From Takakia lepidozioides (Eukaryota > Plantae > Bryophyta), in assembly GCA_030704615.1 (NCBI GenBank), contig CM060732.1, forward strand, positions 70,680,001-70,744,000: 64,000 nt of DNA, written 5' to 3'. Every line of letters begins with the position of its first letter. Position 1 is the stretch's first letter. Made by a program: the position numbers and the translations under genes. Below the pieces are notes generated by a model. The model was not told the origin of the DNA. It did not search any database and worked only from the letters and a program-made list of their open reading frames with translations. Of the stretch, positions 11,979-26,700 are shown in pieces.

Positions 11979-12360
11979 CTAACATATCGCATCAGGCACT
12001 TTGCCAAGGCGGTTAAGAATGTTGAAGGCAGAAATCGAAGCTACACTCCAACAACAAGAAAAGCCACCACACCCGTCGCAATTGATATCTCCACCTTATT
12101 GCAAAATTCCCCATAAAACATGCAAATTGGTAACCACTCTGCACTCGGTACACCTTCTTTGGCATTATATCCAATTTCAGCAGAGGCCATTCCGCTTGCG
12201 AGAAGCAAGTATGCTATCAATTGATCCAATACGAATGTCACAACTTGGACATCTTGAGCAAGTGATGTACCTTGACTTGCCCCCAAACTCAATAATGAAA
12301 TTAGGAATTGCAAAAGGGTGTATCCAGCCACGACAGCGTTGATATAGAAATGAAATCTGC
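11979..12360 (-). pseudogene. CASP-like (CASPL/DUF588) membrane protein fragment, frameshifted
   Basis: FYINAVVAGYTLLQ...FVLDQLIAYLLLASGMASAE...WLPICMFYGEFCNKVEISI. A 1-nt frameshift near 12043 restores the typical C-terminus VASISAFNIL. No 5' exon was found. Confidence 0.8.
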
Positions 12361-14869
12361 ATTGCCGCACTTAAAATTAGTAGATATATCTGACTCACTA
12401 CTCACCAACAAACTTACATACAATCATTCTATTCAATTACATAACGAATCATAATCCAGACAAAGTCACATGCACACATATGTAATTCAATCCCCTCAAA
12501 TGAACTTAATACAAATGCATGGTTACATGCGAGCCCTCCCCTCACATAGTTATGAATTGGCTGTGAAATGATTGACAAAATAATTCGGGAGATTAAATGC
12601 TAGGGAAATTGTGGTCGATCCAATATACTTCTTCTGTGCTAGACAAATAATGTTGTGTGGTTGCAATAATCCATAATAATGTGGCCTCTACTTTTGAGCA
12701 CATAACCTATTGCCATTTTTGTATTAGAGACAAACCCAATCTGCTACTTTTCATGAATTTTTCAGTGACAAAAAGTACTTGAAATTCAATATCTTCCACA
12801 TGGCCCAAATCCAAAAATTATGAAACCGCCTCGGTGAGGGTTTTCTAATGGTATCAAGACCACGGATGGAGGCCTAACGGTTTGGGAGATCTCAACGACG
12901 CTACAAAACCAAACAAACAAACTACCTCACTTGAAATATTGATATTATCTAATTGAAGTTATCGTAGATTCTTTGAATGTAAGATGCCAAAAAGTAATTT
13001 TTTTTTGCTAAGTTATTGCCATGTGCTATACGAACATTCTTACTTGAGTCACTGCTACTTGAAGCTAATTGATCAAAATTAGCTGAGACAACTATAGCAT
13101 AATTGGATGCTCAACTTAATTATCTTCAGTTGCTATTTTGGTACTTTAACTTGAATCATTGCTACTTAGAACTAATTTAAGCAAATTGAGAAAAATTAGC
13201 TCAAATAAAAACTTGGTTATAATAGCTCATTGAATAAACTGCCACGTAAAGATCATTTGACTTCAGATCCGTTAAATGTTCATGTTGCCAAAATATTAAT
13301 GAGCACATTTTATTTTCTAAAAACCAATTATATAGAAAAACTAAAAGAGTAAATTTATTATGTTACATATAAAATATTTTTTGAGAAACTAGGTAACACA
13401 ATGTTTATGATTCATTATGGAAACCATGGTTTATGTATAATTATATTATTACAATATTAATAATGTCCTATCAGTGATGACCGTGACAAAGAATCGAGCG
13501 ATGCTAAGACAATTCTGTATATGGATTCAATGTAAGTTATTTCTCGCAGGGTTACTACTAATTTGCTTCGGAATTAGAGTGATGCGGACATGGCTTTTTA
13601 GTCTTTAAGTTCTGCATGGATGAGCAGCCACAGGGGAGCAATTATGGCCAATGACCCTAAAAACCTCAACCCCAAACCCTATACTCTACACCCTAATTGT
13701 GAAACCACATCACCTCTTATCCTGAAGTTGGAGTTTTTAATATTTGGTGAGATTCCCAATGATATGGTGGCGTTCATAACTTGATCTCCAGAAGGCTTCC
13801 AACGTTGTTTTTGTCACTATTTGTGAAGTCTATCCTTTTCTCTCTTTTTCTCGCACATTGTAACTGAATTGGTATTGAAATCTCAGGCATCGCTCCTTGT
13901 CTCTTTGTTTTTTTTTTCTTTGCTTCTTTATTGGGTTTTGGGTCACACATATGAAAGACCGGAACATAAATTATAGCATACATGCTTATCTTATAAGGGA
14001 GTTTAATCAATTATTCTATACCAGTCCTTGCTAATAATGTAGTCCTTAAACTGAAAGTTTCATTTTAGTGCCGATCCAAAGTGCTTCTTGACTAACTTGA
14101 TTGATTTAAGTTCACGCCATCAGAGATAAGCAATTTATCATCAGCCATAAACAATTTGCCATCAGCTATCAGCAAGGGTCACTTGGTATTTGCCGAAGTG
14201 ACAAAGCAAAAGCTTCATCAGCTCATCAACGATTACATATTAAACTTTATTTATCAATTTTTGAGTTTCCTCCACGAGTGCAACCAAGTACTCATTGATA
14301 GATTGTAACTTAAAAATCTCAGACTAAAAATCGCAAAAAACCCATTCCACTCATTGCCTACAATTGCAAAATTGCAAAAGTTCTGCGTAAATTTTAAGAG
14401 GCAAACCTAAAAAAAATCTGAGACTTCGATGCTTCCTTGCCCTCGTCTGACAGTAGCTTGAGCGGCATCACCCGTGGCAATTGTCTGGGGAACCTGACCA
14501 CCAGTGGCCGAGCAAAGCAGCACGAGGCACCAAGCGGCTCCTGCCCACAACCCAAACAGAAACAGACCTGCACTCGATTCTAATAAACTTATCTCTCGTA
14601 GGGCCCTTATTCACTTCCAAATCCTCATCAACAGTCCTCATTTGGTCTGGAACTAAACTAGGTACCCTAAAAAAAAAATCACTTCATGCCACGTGTTGTT
14701 TGCTACGAGTTCCTTCTTTTTCTGTCACTGCATGCGTTCCAGAATGGATGTGACATTGGTCCCACGAAAAGTTGGTCCCTTGACGAGTGAGAGAAACCAA
14801 TTGTGTAGTCTCTGACTGAGGGCAGGGCCAAAAATTAATCCAGGGCCTCTCTCCCCTGTTCACTTTTTC

Positions 14870-14900
<31 letters not shown>

Positions 14901-16984
14901 AAAAAAATTTGACTTTCATGACAAGTAAAGCGAGAGAAAAGACTCACTTTAGTGGAAAGATGGTGGTGTACTTGGACTCTCTCTCCACTATTGTCAGTTC
15001 AATTGAGGTGGGTCCGGGCACCATTTGAGGTGGTTGAATTTCGTGCATGATTACGTTAGGTCTATGGTATCCTTGGTGCCAGGGATACCCCCCCCATCGG
15101 TCGCATGGTGTCCCCTAGACACTGGTCTTTTACTACATAGGGCCCACCCCTGAAAAGGGGCACCAGCCGCAGGGCGAAGTGGCTCTTAGTTACGTCAGCT
15201 TCGGCTGGAGTCATCTCTCTCAACTAGCTTGACAGGAGCGGCAGGGGGAAGGGCCGGGGCGTGGAGAGGGATCGACGATGAGGGGGAAGGGGGTCGGCGC
15301 ACGTGGCGGGAGCCGACGGGCAGGGGACCTTCACCGGTGGTAGAGGAGTGCGGGTGAGGGTGGCCGGGCAGGGCCGGAGGGGGGCAGACCGGCGGGAGGG
15401 GCGAGTGGAGGAGGATGAGGGGAGTGGGGAGCATTTGACGTGGGGGCTCTCCACCTCCTATGAGGCTGCCGGAGGGGGAATTCCCTGGCTATACCTCCAT
15501 TCCCCCACCTGTCAGCTGAGGCGTGCACCATAAAATCAAGCAACACAGATTTTGGGACCTTTTGTTTGTTATACTTGGCTTTTGAATCTTTTATGAATTT
15601 TTTCTTGGTGAACCCTAAAATTATAAGATACAAAACTGTAAAATTATTTTGATAGTTTTGATAGTTGTCAAAATGAAGCTATTAAGATACAATTTTCCAA
15701 GGAGCTCTAACTCATGTTATAAGTTCATAAATCTAAAAGGTATAAAGATTTGAATTTATGATTTGCTCGGAGAAAAAAGGTCCTAGACACCAAGATGCTA
15801 AGTAGTACTAGTGGTGATTTGAATCACTGATATTGCACCCGCGGGGCAGGTCAGCCTGTGTGAATCCAACACACATTTTCTACTCATGCATTTAATTATT
15901 CAGTGACTGATTGGTGATTTAAAACACCACATTGATGGACTGCTCTTCAATCCCGGTTCCATGTAAGACCAAGCCCCAGGAGTGCCTTTATATGGTTGTT
16001 TCAGACCTTGGTGATTCACTCTGGTGACAAAAGACAGGTTTTGTTGTGCCAGCAGTTGGCCAGAAAAATGAAGCTCCCCATCAAGCACTCAACTGCAAAC
16101 CCTTGCGGTGGGACTACAAGTTGCACGTGTTATGGTGCATTATAATTCAAAAGCGAGGGCCAATATCGACAGTCTATTGTTCATGAAGAAATCAACAATC
16201 ATTGCCATGCAAGCCATTTGGACTGGCATCTCTCTCTACACTATAATTAGCACAAGGAAACTTGAGAAAAATCAAGAGACCAAGAAGAGTCTACCTCCCG
16301 GTTTTATTATCGGTTTTGCAGAATATTTTGAAATTGATGCATATGAATATAGATAATTGGACTTTTGATCTTAGAGCTGTTGGTTCTCCAGTTCCCATGA
16401 GCATATGGTTTTTGATAACCCTCTTTCATTTCTCATCTACTCTCAAGCTTATTCACCATGTCACTTCAACGAAACTCGTACCAAAATGCAGATAACACAA
16501 AACCAAACGGCACAATTCAATATGGAGCACCTTTTAAAGAGCATCTCACTGAGCCTCCTAACTTATTAGGAGTGCACGCTGACTCACACAATGTGGTTCT
16601 ATGTAACTCTACACCCTCTTCCATTTAATGCAAGAAATAAAAAAGTGTGGCAAAGAACATGTTGCAAAGTACACCTGACCTCTGTTGGTGGTTTTGTAGC
16701 CCTGTGAATTCCCCGGAAATGTTGGCTATGAGGGTCTTCGTCTCCATGAAATATCAACCTCCTTGGAGAGAAAGGGAGAGAGTATATTTTACACCCAGGG
16801 GGTAAAGGGGAGACATAACAAAATTTGAACAACAAGAATCTCATCCAAGGAAACTAGAAGTTGCACAATGACAATCTTTCTCAGGCAGATAAGTTGTCAA
16901 AGAGAAAAGGAACTCATAAGCTGTTTGCCATAGCAATCTGGCCTACTGGGGCAGAACAATATCCTCTAGTAAGCCCTTCACACA

Positions 16985-17575
16985 AGTATTAATCTGCTGT
17001 GTGAGCAGCCCAACAGGGTCAGGGCTATAGGCTCAGCCTCAAGATTTTGAGTTGGAGAACAGAGGTGCCCAGACAATGTTCTTGATCGTCGAAGATTTCT
17101 AATGAGATTGATCGTTCTCTAATGAGAATATCCCAGACAATGTATCAGAAAATGGATTTGTCAACAAGTTGCCCGCACGTTGGGCAATTAGAATCTCCTC
17201 CTCTCTGTCTGCATCTGTTTTTTGTTCAAAGGTAGGCTTCCCGCCCCGAGTTTATATTTAAGTCTAGTTCCCAGGGTAGGTAGGGCCCTTGACATCATCC
17301 TTACGGTCCTAGCCCATGTCGTAGACAGGAAAATAGTTCAGGGAAGTTTATACACCTAAATTCATTTTCATTGGACAATCTTCGGGCATCCGACATGGCT
17401 TTGGACACAACCCTCTCCAGGTCAGCTTCATCCAATAGGGTCAATTCTTCTGGACCGATACAAGATACCCTCTAGAAATCCCTTCACAATTGCTGTGTGT
17501 GATCTGCCCAATCAGTAGACCCCAAAAGGGCCTGGGCTTTTGGCTCAGCCTCAAGATTTTCAAAGTTGGTAAGCA
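16985..17575 (-). mobile_element. Two 3' fragments of RTEX-like LINE family A
   Basis: Reverse complement matches 37480-37975 ([28 protein letters not shown]); the second fragment abuts an (AG)n run at 17576-17607. Confidence 0.75.
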
Positions 17576-17787
17576 GAGAGAGAGGGAGAGAGAGAGAGAG
17601 AGAGAGAATTGTACATGGTAAGACCATGCTTTTCAAGAAGGAGACACGAGAGATTTGGTTAAACTTATTCAGGAGCCCATCATCTGCTGGTTGATACTCC
17701 ATAAGCGAAACCATTGCAAAACGCACAGAGAGAAGTAAAAGACACTGTCGTCAAAAATGCTGCCTGTATCAGCCTGCCAGACTGCAG

Positions 17788-20700
17788 TTAGTACGATTCC
17801 CCCATAATCAGAAGGATGAGAGATGTCCATCCAGTGAAGGGGTGAGACCCCTTGCCTATGCCATTCTTTGCATTGTCATAGTGCTCCCACAGGTACCCAC
17901 TCTCATGGTAGCGTTCCACCACATTTCTGCCCCAAAACCCCACAAAATGTAAGATTATGTGGATACTGTAACTTGCAAAGCAATGTGCATCTCCACCATC
18001 AGCAGTATAGGAACTATAGGAATCCAAATGATTTGTCCAGCAGCTGAAGACATCCGGGATGGATACAGCATGATACCTGATTAAGTTCTCTCGAAGTCGC
18101 ATATACAAATCTTTACATCTGCTGCTGTAATAACCTGGCTCTGCTTGACATGAATATTCTATATTAGACATCCACTGGGACGACCAGTATATTGCAAAGA
18201 TTTCTTCTACTAATACCCTATTTTTGCATCCTACAACAACCCTGCAACCAGATTCTGAGTGTTTGTTGTGAGTGTTGGCTCTGACATTTGTGTCAGTAGC
18301 CAGTCAACCTCAGCCAGAGATGGATATGACATGGACATTGAAGGTCAGTCTGGAACACTCATCCTTCAGGAGTCAAACTCAGCCAGAAATTGGCATAGCA
18401 CTTCGGCAAAAGTGTGCCCTTGTTGCAAACTTGATGTTTCATAGTGAAATTTAGCTTTGAGTGAAATTTTGGGGGTTCCTTACAAGAACCCACCTTCAGA
18501 ATATTGACTGAGAGCAGAAAGAACAAGGTAGTTGATGTTCATCCAGACAGGTCCTCTCCAGTACGGTGCATCATGCTCTGTGTTGCGCTTCATATACAGA
18601 GAGCTGCATTCACACATCCACACTAAGACATGGGAACAGAGGTATCCTTGACTGCAGGGCAGAAATCTATTTCACAGGAACACATATTGCATCGTGGAAG
18701 ATCCTATGTTATTTCTGTCTTTTCCATTGTGCTCTGAAAAGGTTAAAAAAAAAAGGTGCACTTCTGCTGAACCAAGCATGAATTATGTTGACTCTTCACC
18801 CCGAAAGGGGCTGCTTCATCTATTTGAAAGATGGACACCTTCTAATGGCTGTAATCACCCTAACCTTTTCCCCCAGACTCAAAAGCCCCAGGTACCCATA
18901 CATTAGGTGACTGTTTGACCTAGTGACCCCCTTTAATGGGTGACACCCAACGATCACTTGTAAGGTGGTAACCACTGGGCCATATGTTGGATGCTGAGAA
19001 TGTAGAACTTTAAACTAGTGCAACTCGTCACCCTGTAGGAATACTTGGCAGGGGACACTCTCTACTGGAACAACTTAGTTACTCAACCCTCCCCCTGGGG
19101 ACCCTAGGCACCAACAACATTAGGTGGCCAAACCCCCCTTTTGTTAGTTGGGTTGGGTTATATTGTGCACATCTACCCATGTGAATGTCACAGATCAAAA
19201 GATGACATGAGTTTTGAGAAGGTGACCTGCTCGTAGCAAGAGAGCGCAGTCCATAGTCCGTCCACAAATACAGTTCATTGTCAAGAAGAACTAACTGGTT
19301 TCCAAAATATGGTGAGTCCTGGAACAGATACACACATGCACTTCCATCACAAACCTCAGGCAAGTAAGGTATTATTATTGAGATATTTGAGATGGTGCCA
19401 TCAGCCAAGCCTAAATTTGAGCAAGGAGTTTTAAAGGACACATCGTCCATCCTGAGATTCACCCCAAAAACTACACATGAAGCTCTAGATTTGGCATAAG
19501 TGACCAGGTTCCAGGAATCACCCTGGGGAGTACCGACAGTATTTAAAGAACTATCACGTGAATTTTCATAATTAGCAGGCTAGATGTTGAAACACAAGGG
19601 CAAACCCTAGCCCAGGTGCCGAGCATGCCAGACAGAGCATGCAACTTCCCACTTTGAGTGGAGGGTTTGCCCCCAAGCAGTAGGGATCCATTGTTACTAT
19701 TCAGAGATCATCACTCCAAAGGAGCTGCAGGGAATGGCCCGCGTAGACAATCTACAGAGGGACAGGCCCCGTAGTACATTGGATTACGTTGGAGAGATAA
19801 ATGCAAGAGAATGTACTCGTAAGACATTGTTGCCGTAGAGATAAACGCAAGAGACATAGAGAGAAATGAAATGAAATGGTGCTTTATAACGTTTGCGGAA
19901 AGCTCATAGAGCTTATGGGACAAAATGGAAAGAAAAACATGAGAGAAAACAGGAAACCAGAGAGATAAGAACTACTGTTCTAGTGATTGTCTAAGGGTGA
20001 ATGCCTCGTGCAGGTAGGCTGCCAAGCATTTCTGATCTTCATAGTGAAAGACCTCAGTGAGAGATTGGGTTCCACGGAATAGACAATGGAATCTCCCACG
20101 GATCTCATAGTGTAGGGGGCAATAGAAGAAGTGTTCGTCAGTTTCAATTTCCTGGTTGCGCCCTGTGCAAGCTGGACAGAGGCGGTCCTCCCACTGCAGG
20201 TTTTCCCATCTGCCAGTCTCTATCCGTAGGTTGTGGGAGCCCACCCTGAACCGCCCCAAAGCCCTCAGGAGAGAAGGAGATAAAGAGGCCGAAAGGTAAT
20301 TGGGCCACAAGATTCTATCATTTCGGAGAACCAGGAATGTTTCTCGATAGAAATGGAGCTTTGTCGTGAGGTTGGGTAACTTCCAAGTTCTCCTGACATG
20401 TAGCTCCATGAGCTCGTTTTTGATGAGTTGGTTGCGGTCGTGCTTGGATGTGATGATCACCCCTTCTGGGTTCACTGGCAAAAGTGAAGCAGTAGAGAGT
20501 CCATGGCGTTCAGAAAAGGTATCCACACGAGCATACCAGGATTGTTTGAAGCCTGCATTTTTTAGTCTCATAGATGTTGTAAGGGCCCTGGCCACAAGCC
20601 CCTTGGGGGGAGGGGCTTGTAACCTATGCAGGAAAATTGTAAGCCGGAAGAGGGCCTCAGTTTGAAGTGGCACACAGGCGAATTCTGCATTCAGTATGTG

Positions 20701-23700
20701 AGATGGAGTTGTGCCTCTGGCGCCAAGCATTGAGAGAGAGAGTTATCCGTGTGGAGGGTCTACTAGTCGTACTTGACCAAGTGTGACAAACAAGTGCCTT
20801 CATTGCTTGAAGTGCATAGCCTTATGGTGTTGTCTTTCCGCTGAATAACAAGGAATAAAGTTTTACAACGCCTCTGTCTCCCTTTGATTTCCAAACACCA
20901 AGAAAATATGAAAAAGCTTCACTAACTCATGGGGATGTTAACACCGACTGACTGGAACACCTTTATGCAGACGGGTAGTTTGCTAGTGTACGTTTTCATC
21001 ATATGCCAATTAGAACTAGTGGCCTTGAGATCAGGGATTTAGAGTGTCACACTATTTTCATCCAACCTTCTGAATAGAATACACAGTGTCTTCTCTACCC
21101 AGCTACCCTATCCTGAAGAGAGGGGTTGGTGGCCTCATTGCCAAAAGAAACCATTAAGACATGTCAGGGACCTAGATAGCTTTTGGATCGTCAACTCAAC
21201 CCAGAGGTTAGCATTAGATACTGCCCGCGGACATGTGGCTTCGAGTAACCTGCATAAAATCCACACTCCATAAAAAGGAATGGCGACCAAACTTGAAGCT
21301 TTAGTCACTTTCTGGATGGTGTCATGGTGCTCACCATGGTTCCCTACATGGATTCAAGAGTATGCTGGTGGAAACCACAAAGTTCTCACATTTGTACCTC
21401 CACCTTATCTCCAGAAGGAGGGAACATTGGTCTCCCATCCCGATCTTTCCAGCAGAAATGAGCACCACAGTGTAACAGTCTCAGAGGTTTGAATACACAA
21501 ACTAGCCCTGGAAGAGGTTGATCCAGAAGACATGATTACGCGTGCAGGGATTGATCAATGTGTGAATGAAGGATATGGCATGCCAATCCTCAAAGGTCTA
21601 CACGAGACGATCAAAGCCTACACGCAATGACACAGACCTACCAACGCAGAATTGCAAGATGTCTAGGAGCATTCAAAGACCACCTAGACGTCAGAAAATT
21701 CGTATTCATAAAGCTGGCGCTGGGCACCTTTAACTTCTGTGGCTTAATAACCAAAGGAAACAATTTGAAGTGGGACAAGCTCTTCAAGCAAACGGCATTC
21801 ACATTTGCTGGGCAGGAGACATGGGAAACTCCAGATAAACTAGTTGGGGATGTCATTGGCTATAAATGGTTCGGCAAGATGTGTGCCCTCAAGGCGGCCT
21901 CAAAGCATGGTCAGAAAGGTGTGGGATTCTTTGTCCGTGGTTTCTTGTTGATAATTGTAAAAATATCAGCAAGGAACTTTGGTACCAACACAGTATCTGG
22001 CTGAGACTGAAATTGAAGTGATTTCCTTTTGTTGGAGACAGGGAGTCATTGTCAACCTGTACAAGAAACGCGACTGAGATGAGCCTGGGAACTATCGCAA
22101 TATGGCACTTCTTAGCGCAATTGGCAAGATATTTTGTAGGATAATAAGCTCCCGTCTCGAGGTTGATCTGGAGTCTAGAGGTGGTTTTCATGAAGGCCAG
22201 GCTGGCTTTTGGAGACAGGCTGCACTGACCATATCTACACTCTAAGCCGGATTGTCCGGGGAAGGAAAAGACAAGGAAACTCCCCTTTTGCCTTCTTCTT
22301 GGATGTCAAGAAGGCTTATGGCGGCTCTGGCTTTGGTCTTCTGGGGTCAGGGGTAAGATGTGGAGGATGGTCGCACAACCTGTATGCGAACACCAAAAGC
22401 TGTGTTACAGTCAATGGACTGAAGTCTAACTTCTTTGATATTGATCAAGGTGTAGCACAAGGTTGTACCCTCTCCCCACTGCTCTTCAATGTTTTCATTA
22501 ATGAGCTTCTGGAAGATATGGAAAGCGAGGGGTTTGGGCTAAAGGTGGGTAATGCGACCAAACCAGCTCTTATGTTTGTGAATGACTTTGCAGGCCTAGG
22601 GCATACACCACCCAATCTCTAGGAAATTGATTGTGCAAAGAGGTTCTTTGACCTGTCGAGGCTAGAAGCTAATGTTAAAAAATGCGACGTGGTGACGATC
22701 AATGACCATGGGGCGGGAGGAGGGGATCTCAAATGGAAATGGGGTGACAATGAGATTCCTTCCTACACATATCTTGGTGTTGAGTTTTCCTCCAACTGTA
22801 ACTGGGATGCGCATATTTTCAATCAGCTAAACGCAAAGCTTTCGGTCTCACTAAATTTTTCCACTGCAAAGGGATTAATACTGAAATTAAAAGGACTGCT
22901 TTGCAACGTTATTAGGCCGCCTTGGAGTACCCATCTCCTGTGTGGGTCGACAATTCCAACCATGCTAAATAACTAGAATCCATTCAGCTCGCGGTGCTCA
23001 AAGAAAGGATGTTGGCTAGTTCTAGAACAGCTAACGTGGCTGTTCAGGGTGAGTTTGGCATACCTCCCTTAAGCTCTGAATGTAATGAATTCAACGTCAG
23101 ATGGTGGGGTCAGTTGAATCGCATGCCCAATACCAGATACCCTAAGATAATCGACGCTATTTCTTGGAAGCAAGACGGTCCTGGTAAACAGGCTAGTCTT
23201 GGCGAAGGAGGGGAGAGGAGATTTTCATGGGCGGAAGGCTAAGGCAAACAATGTCTTATGAGTGCATTCTCTCTCATAGAAGGCACTCTCTCTTTCTTGT
23301 TTCATGCCTTCTCCTGTCCCATAAACTCTTTGAACTTTCTAAGGACGTTGTAAAGTATCATTTCATTCAGGTTAGATGGTGGGGTCAGCTGATATACCAA
23401 ATACCTTAAGATGATCCACTCTATTTCTTGGAAGAAAGACCATCCTGTTAAACAGGTCAAGTCCTGGCAGACAAGGGCAGAAGAGATTTCAAGGAAACGG
23501 GCAGGAAGAACTGACCATGGTAGATGAAGCTGAGTTGGAGGCTGAAGTGTCTAAGGCCAAGTCGGAAGCACAAAGAATGTCCTAGCAAAATGAGGTTAGG
23601 CATTAAACTTCCCTGAACTTGTCGGTCTGACAAGGGCGAGGACCTTAGGGATGGCCTGAAGGGCCTACCTACCCTCGGTAATCAACTGAAATTTAAACTC

Positions 23701-26700
23701 GGGGCGGGAAGACTACCTTTGACAATAAATAGATACAAAGAGGAAAGGGTGATTGTCCACGCCCGATGTGCAGGCGGCCTCAAGACAATATCCATTTTCA
23801 TGTTCACCAACTTTCAAAAGTGGCTGAGCCTAAAGCCCAGGCCAACTGCTGGGCAGATCCCACACAGCAGATTGATACTTGTCTGAAAGGCTATCTAGAG
23901 AAAATCTGGAAAGCCCAAACAAATTGTTTATATCAAGGTAAGTCCCAGTTCTGGAGTGAGCCCATCACAAAGGTAGTGTCCATTCCCTCTTGTTCCGCGG
24001 GATCGCCACAGCGCTACGGCAAACATCTTACGAGTACATACTCGCTACCTAGCTATTCCTATGGTTGGGACTTGCACCAACTAAGTACATTGACAACAAG
24101 CTTTGAGGGGTTTAAGCTTGCAATTCCGTGCTGTGTTTCTTTGACGCAATAGGACCAGGTGAGGCCTCTTTCATTTTTTTTGGCTGGGGATCTGCTGCTA
24201 GGGCAAGAGCTTATGGGGTAAAGACTGAGTGCTTGCTGTATTGGACATGTGCTTGATACATATACACACACGTATCCTTGGCGTAACAACTTGCTGCTGT
24301 ATGAGCTCAACAATGCTTGTTACTTGGTAACAAGTATAACCTACATCTTTGAAGAAGCAGAAGACCAGCACCTGCCCAAAGTAGCCTAACAGCATGTCTC
24401 CTTTACACAAGGCTACGAGTTCTGTTAAAAAATAGTGCAACCCACTGTGCTCTATTATTGTGACTCTGTGTGGATATCTGGAAAGCCCGAAATTGCTGCT
24501 CGAGTGACAGCAGCTGCATAGTCCATATGCAATGGTCCTGCAAGTGCGGCTCCATACCAAGGCAAGTCACAATACCAGAGTGAGCCCCTCACAAAGGTAG
24601 TTTCTGGTCCCTTTTGTTCTGCCCAAACTGGGCGCGGGGTGCATGCCCACAAGGCTACGGCCAACAACGTCTTATAAGTACATTCTAATATTGGGACTCT
24701 CTGTGAAAATTTTGAACTCCCCCAAACAAGGGTACAAGATGCTGACAGAGCATTTTCGCAAAATGAATGAATGTTATATAGCAAGACTCGAAGAATGGCT
24801 TACCGCAGGAAGAATGTGGAATAGCAGGGGAAAGAGACTGTTATAGCCAAAGTGTGGGACCAATCTCAATTCTGGAGGTTGCATGACTAATCTTCGCACC
24901 TCAGACTGTACATACCCTGTCCGAGGATCCCCTGTCTTCTTCCGGTATAGCTTTACCTGTTGCATAGAAAAAATTGACCTCTCCACATTAGCACCATCCT
25001 AAGCATGCACTATTATGCTAATTATTGTATGTTTGATGTCACCCATTATAGCCAACCCCCCTATATGGGGGGGTTTCCCTAGGTAGATCATCTAGTCTCT
25101 TGGTATCAGAGGGAGTTGAAATCCTTGGGTTGGGCAACCACTTCACCCTGGTTACGGGCATTAGAAGATGTCCACCTTGGAAAGGAAAGCCATAGCCCCA
25201 CCAGGTAAAGAGACACCATATTGTAAGTATGTTAAATTACCCATATTCAGCATAGTGTCCGCCTCCCTCTTTATGAAATTTCCAACTCCTGAGAATGGAG
25301 AGGAGAATGCACATACCCTGAACCTCCTTTGATGGAACTATAGGCTGATATGCATACAAGAAGCCAAAGACCCAGGTTCTTATCGAGCATTAAATTGGTG
25401 AACAACATGGAATGGGAGAGGTAACTTACCCCCTCGGTGTGGTTCCCATAGTCAAGGTAACGGCCAAACCTCTCTTCATAATGCAGCTACATCATACAGG
25501 CACCCAGACAGGCTCCAGATCTCAAAAGACTCGCACAATTCAGAAGCATCCTTCTCTCTTCTACAACAAGGTCAGATTCTAAATTTCTCTAACAAAAATA
25601 AAGGTGTCTGTTTGCATGAATATTACAGAATAGAGGCAGAAACTGGCAAAACTACATTTGAGGGAGAGCTGAGGTACAGGGGGCATACAGGAAGATGTTA
25701 GAACCAGAACAAGCCTACTTTAACAGATGCCAATCGAGTCAACGGCTTTTCTGAAATACATGGAGCATGACTTGAAGTTTACAAATGTGATTCACTTCTA
25801 GTCTTACCGAATTGAGCAGGTTGAGGTCAGTCAGCTGTGCTGCAGTTTCGTCATATTTCTGCAAAAGAGTTTAAAAGTATGTGGTTAACCAATAAGGGCA
25901 CATTCAAAACACCTCCCAGCAGATCATGAGTGTACTTTGTATGTGTCATTGTTCAACATTCTCTACAAACTCACTATCCCTTGGGCTCTCTTCTACTTTC
26001 TCCTCCTGAACTCCCTATCCCCTCATTGTCTGCTCCATTAGAACCACACGCAGGCTAATGTTGCTTGATTTCTGACCCCAATTTCCTTTACCTTATGTGG
26101 AGCTTTGACTATACGGGCGATCTGAGCCATTGATTGGGCTGCAAGAGCCATCCAGCAGCGTAGATCTACATGACGCTCATGATCACCTGGATGCGAAGCC
26201 CTCGGATAGTCATCCAAGCCTGACATCAATGTCTGCAGATGAAGTATCCAATGTAATACAGAGTCAGCTTCCATATCCAGCAGGTTGCAACCGAGTTGTA
26301 TTGTCACTTAACATATAAGAGCAACCGGCAACTTGATCTCATTAAGCACTTTGAAGAAATTCCAAACCATGGAGGTGGATGGTACAGGCCATAGCTTAGT
26401 ATACAAAAGAGGTCAGAGAGCTCCTTGGTATATGTAACTAGTAACTGCGAGCATGTGCCAAAACCAACACAGATAATAGCGGCCTTAGCCTAAGAGAAAA
26501 GAAAGATTCAAACACCCCATTGGAATTCAAAGACCCCACAGGACAAGAACACGTGACAAACCTACATACACTCCCTTTACAGACCAATTGGTCATTGCGA
26601 TTTTTCAAGAGTTGAGAAATTTTGTAGAGAAACTTTGTATTGTAAAGAATTTTGGGTCACGTGAATATCTTCTGGCAAGATTCTGAAAAAATGCCATGTG

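Noticed and set aside
12780-12945. Possible Helitron-like terminus
   Set aside because: Resembles a repeat end, but no partner 3' hairpin/CTRR end was identified.
15050-15813. GC-rich island ending in TAGTG (CACTA-like right end) with Pro/Gly-rich ORFs
   Set aside because: No matching left TIR or TSD found; the ORFs are compositional artefacts.
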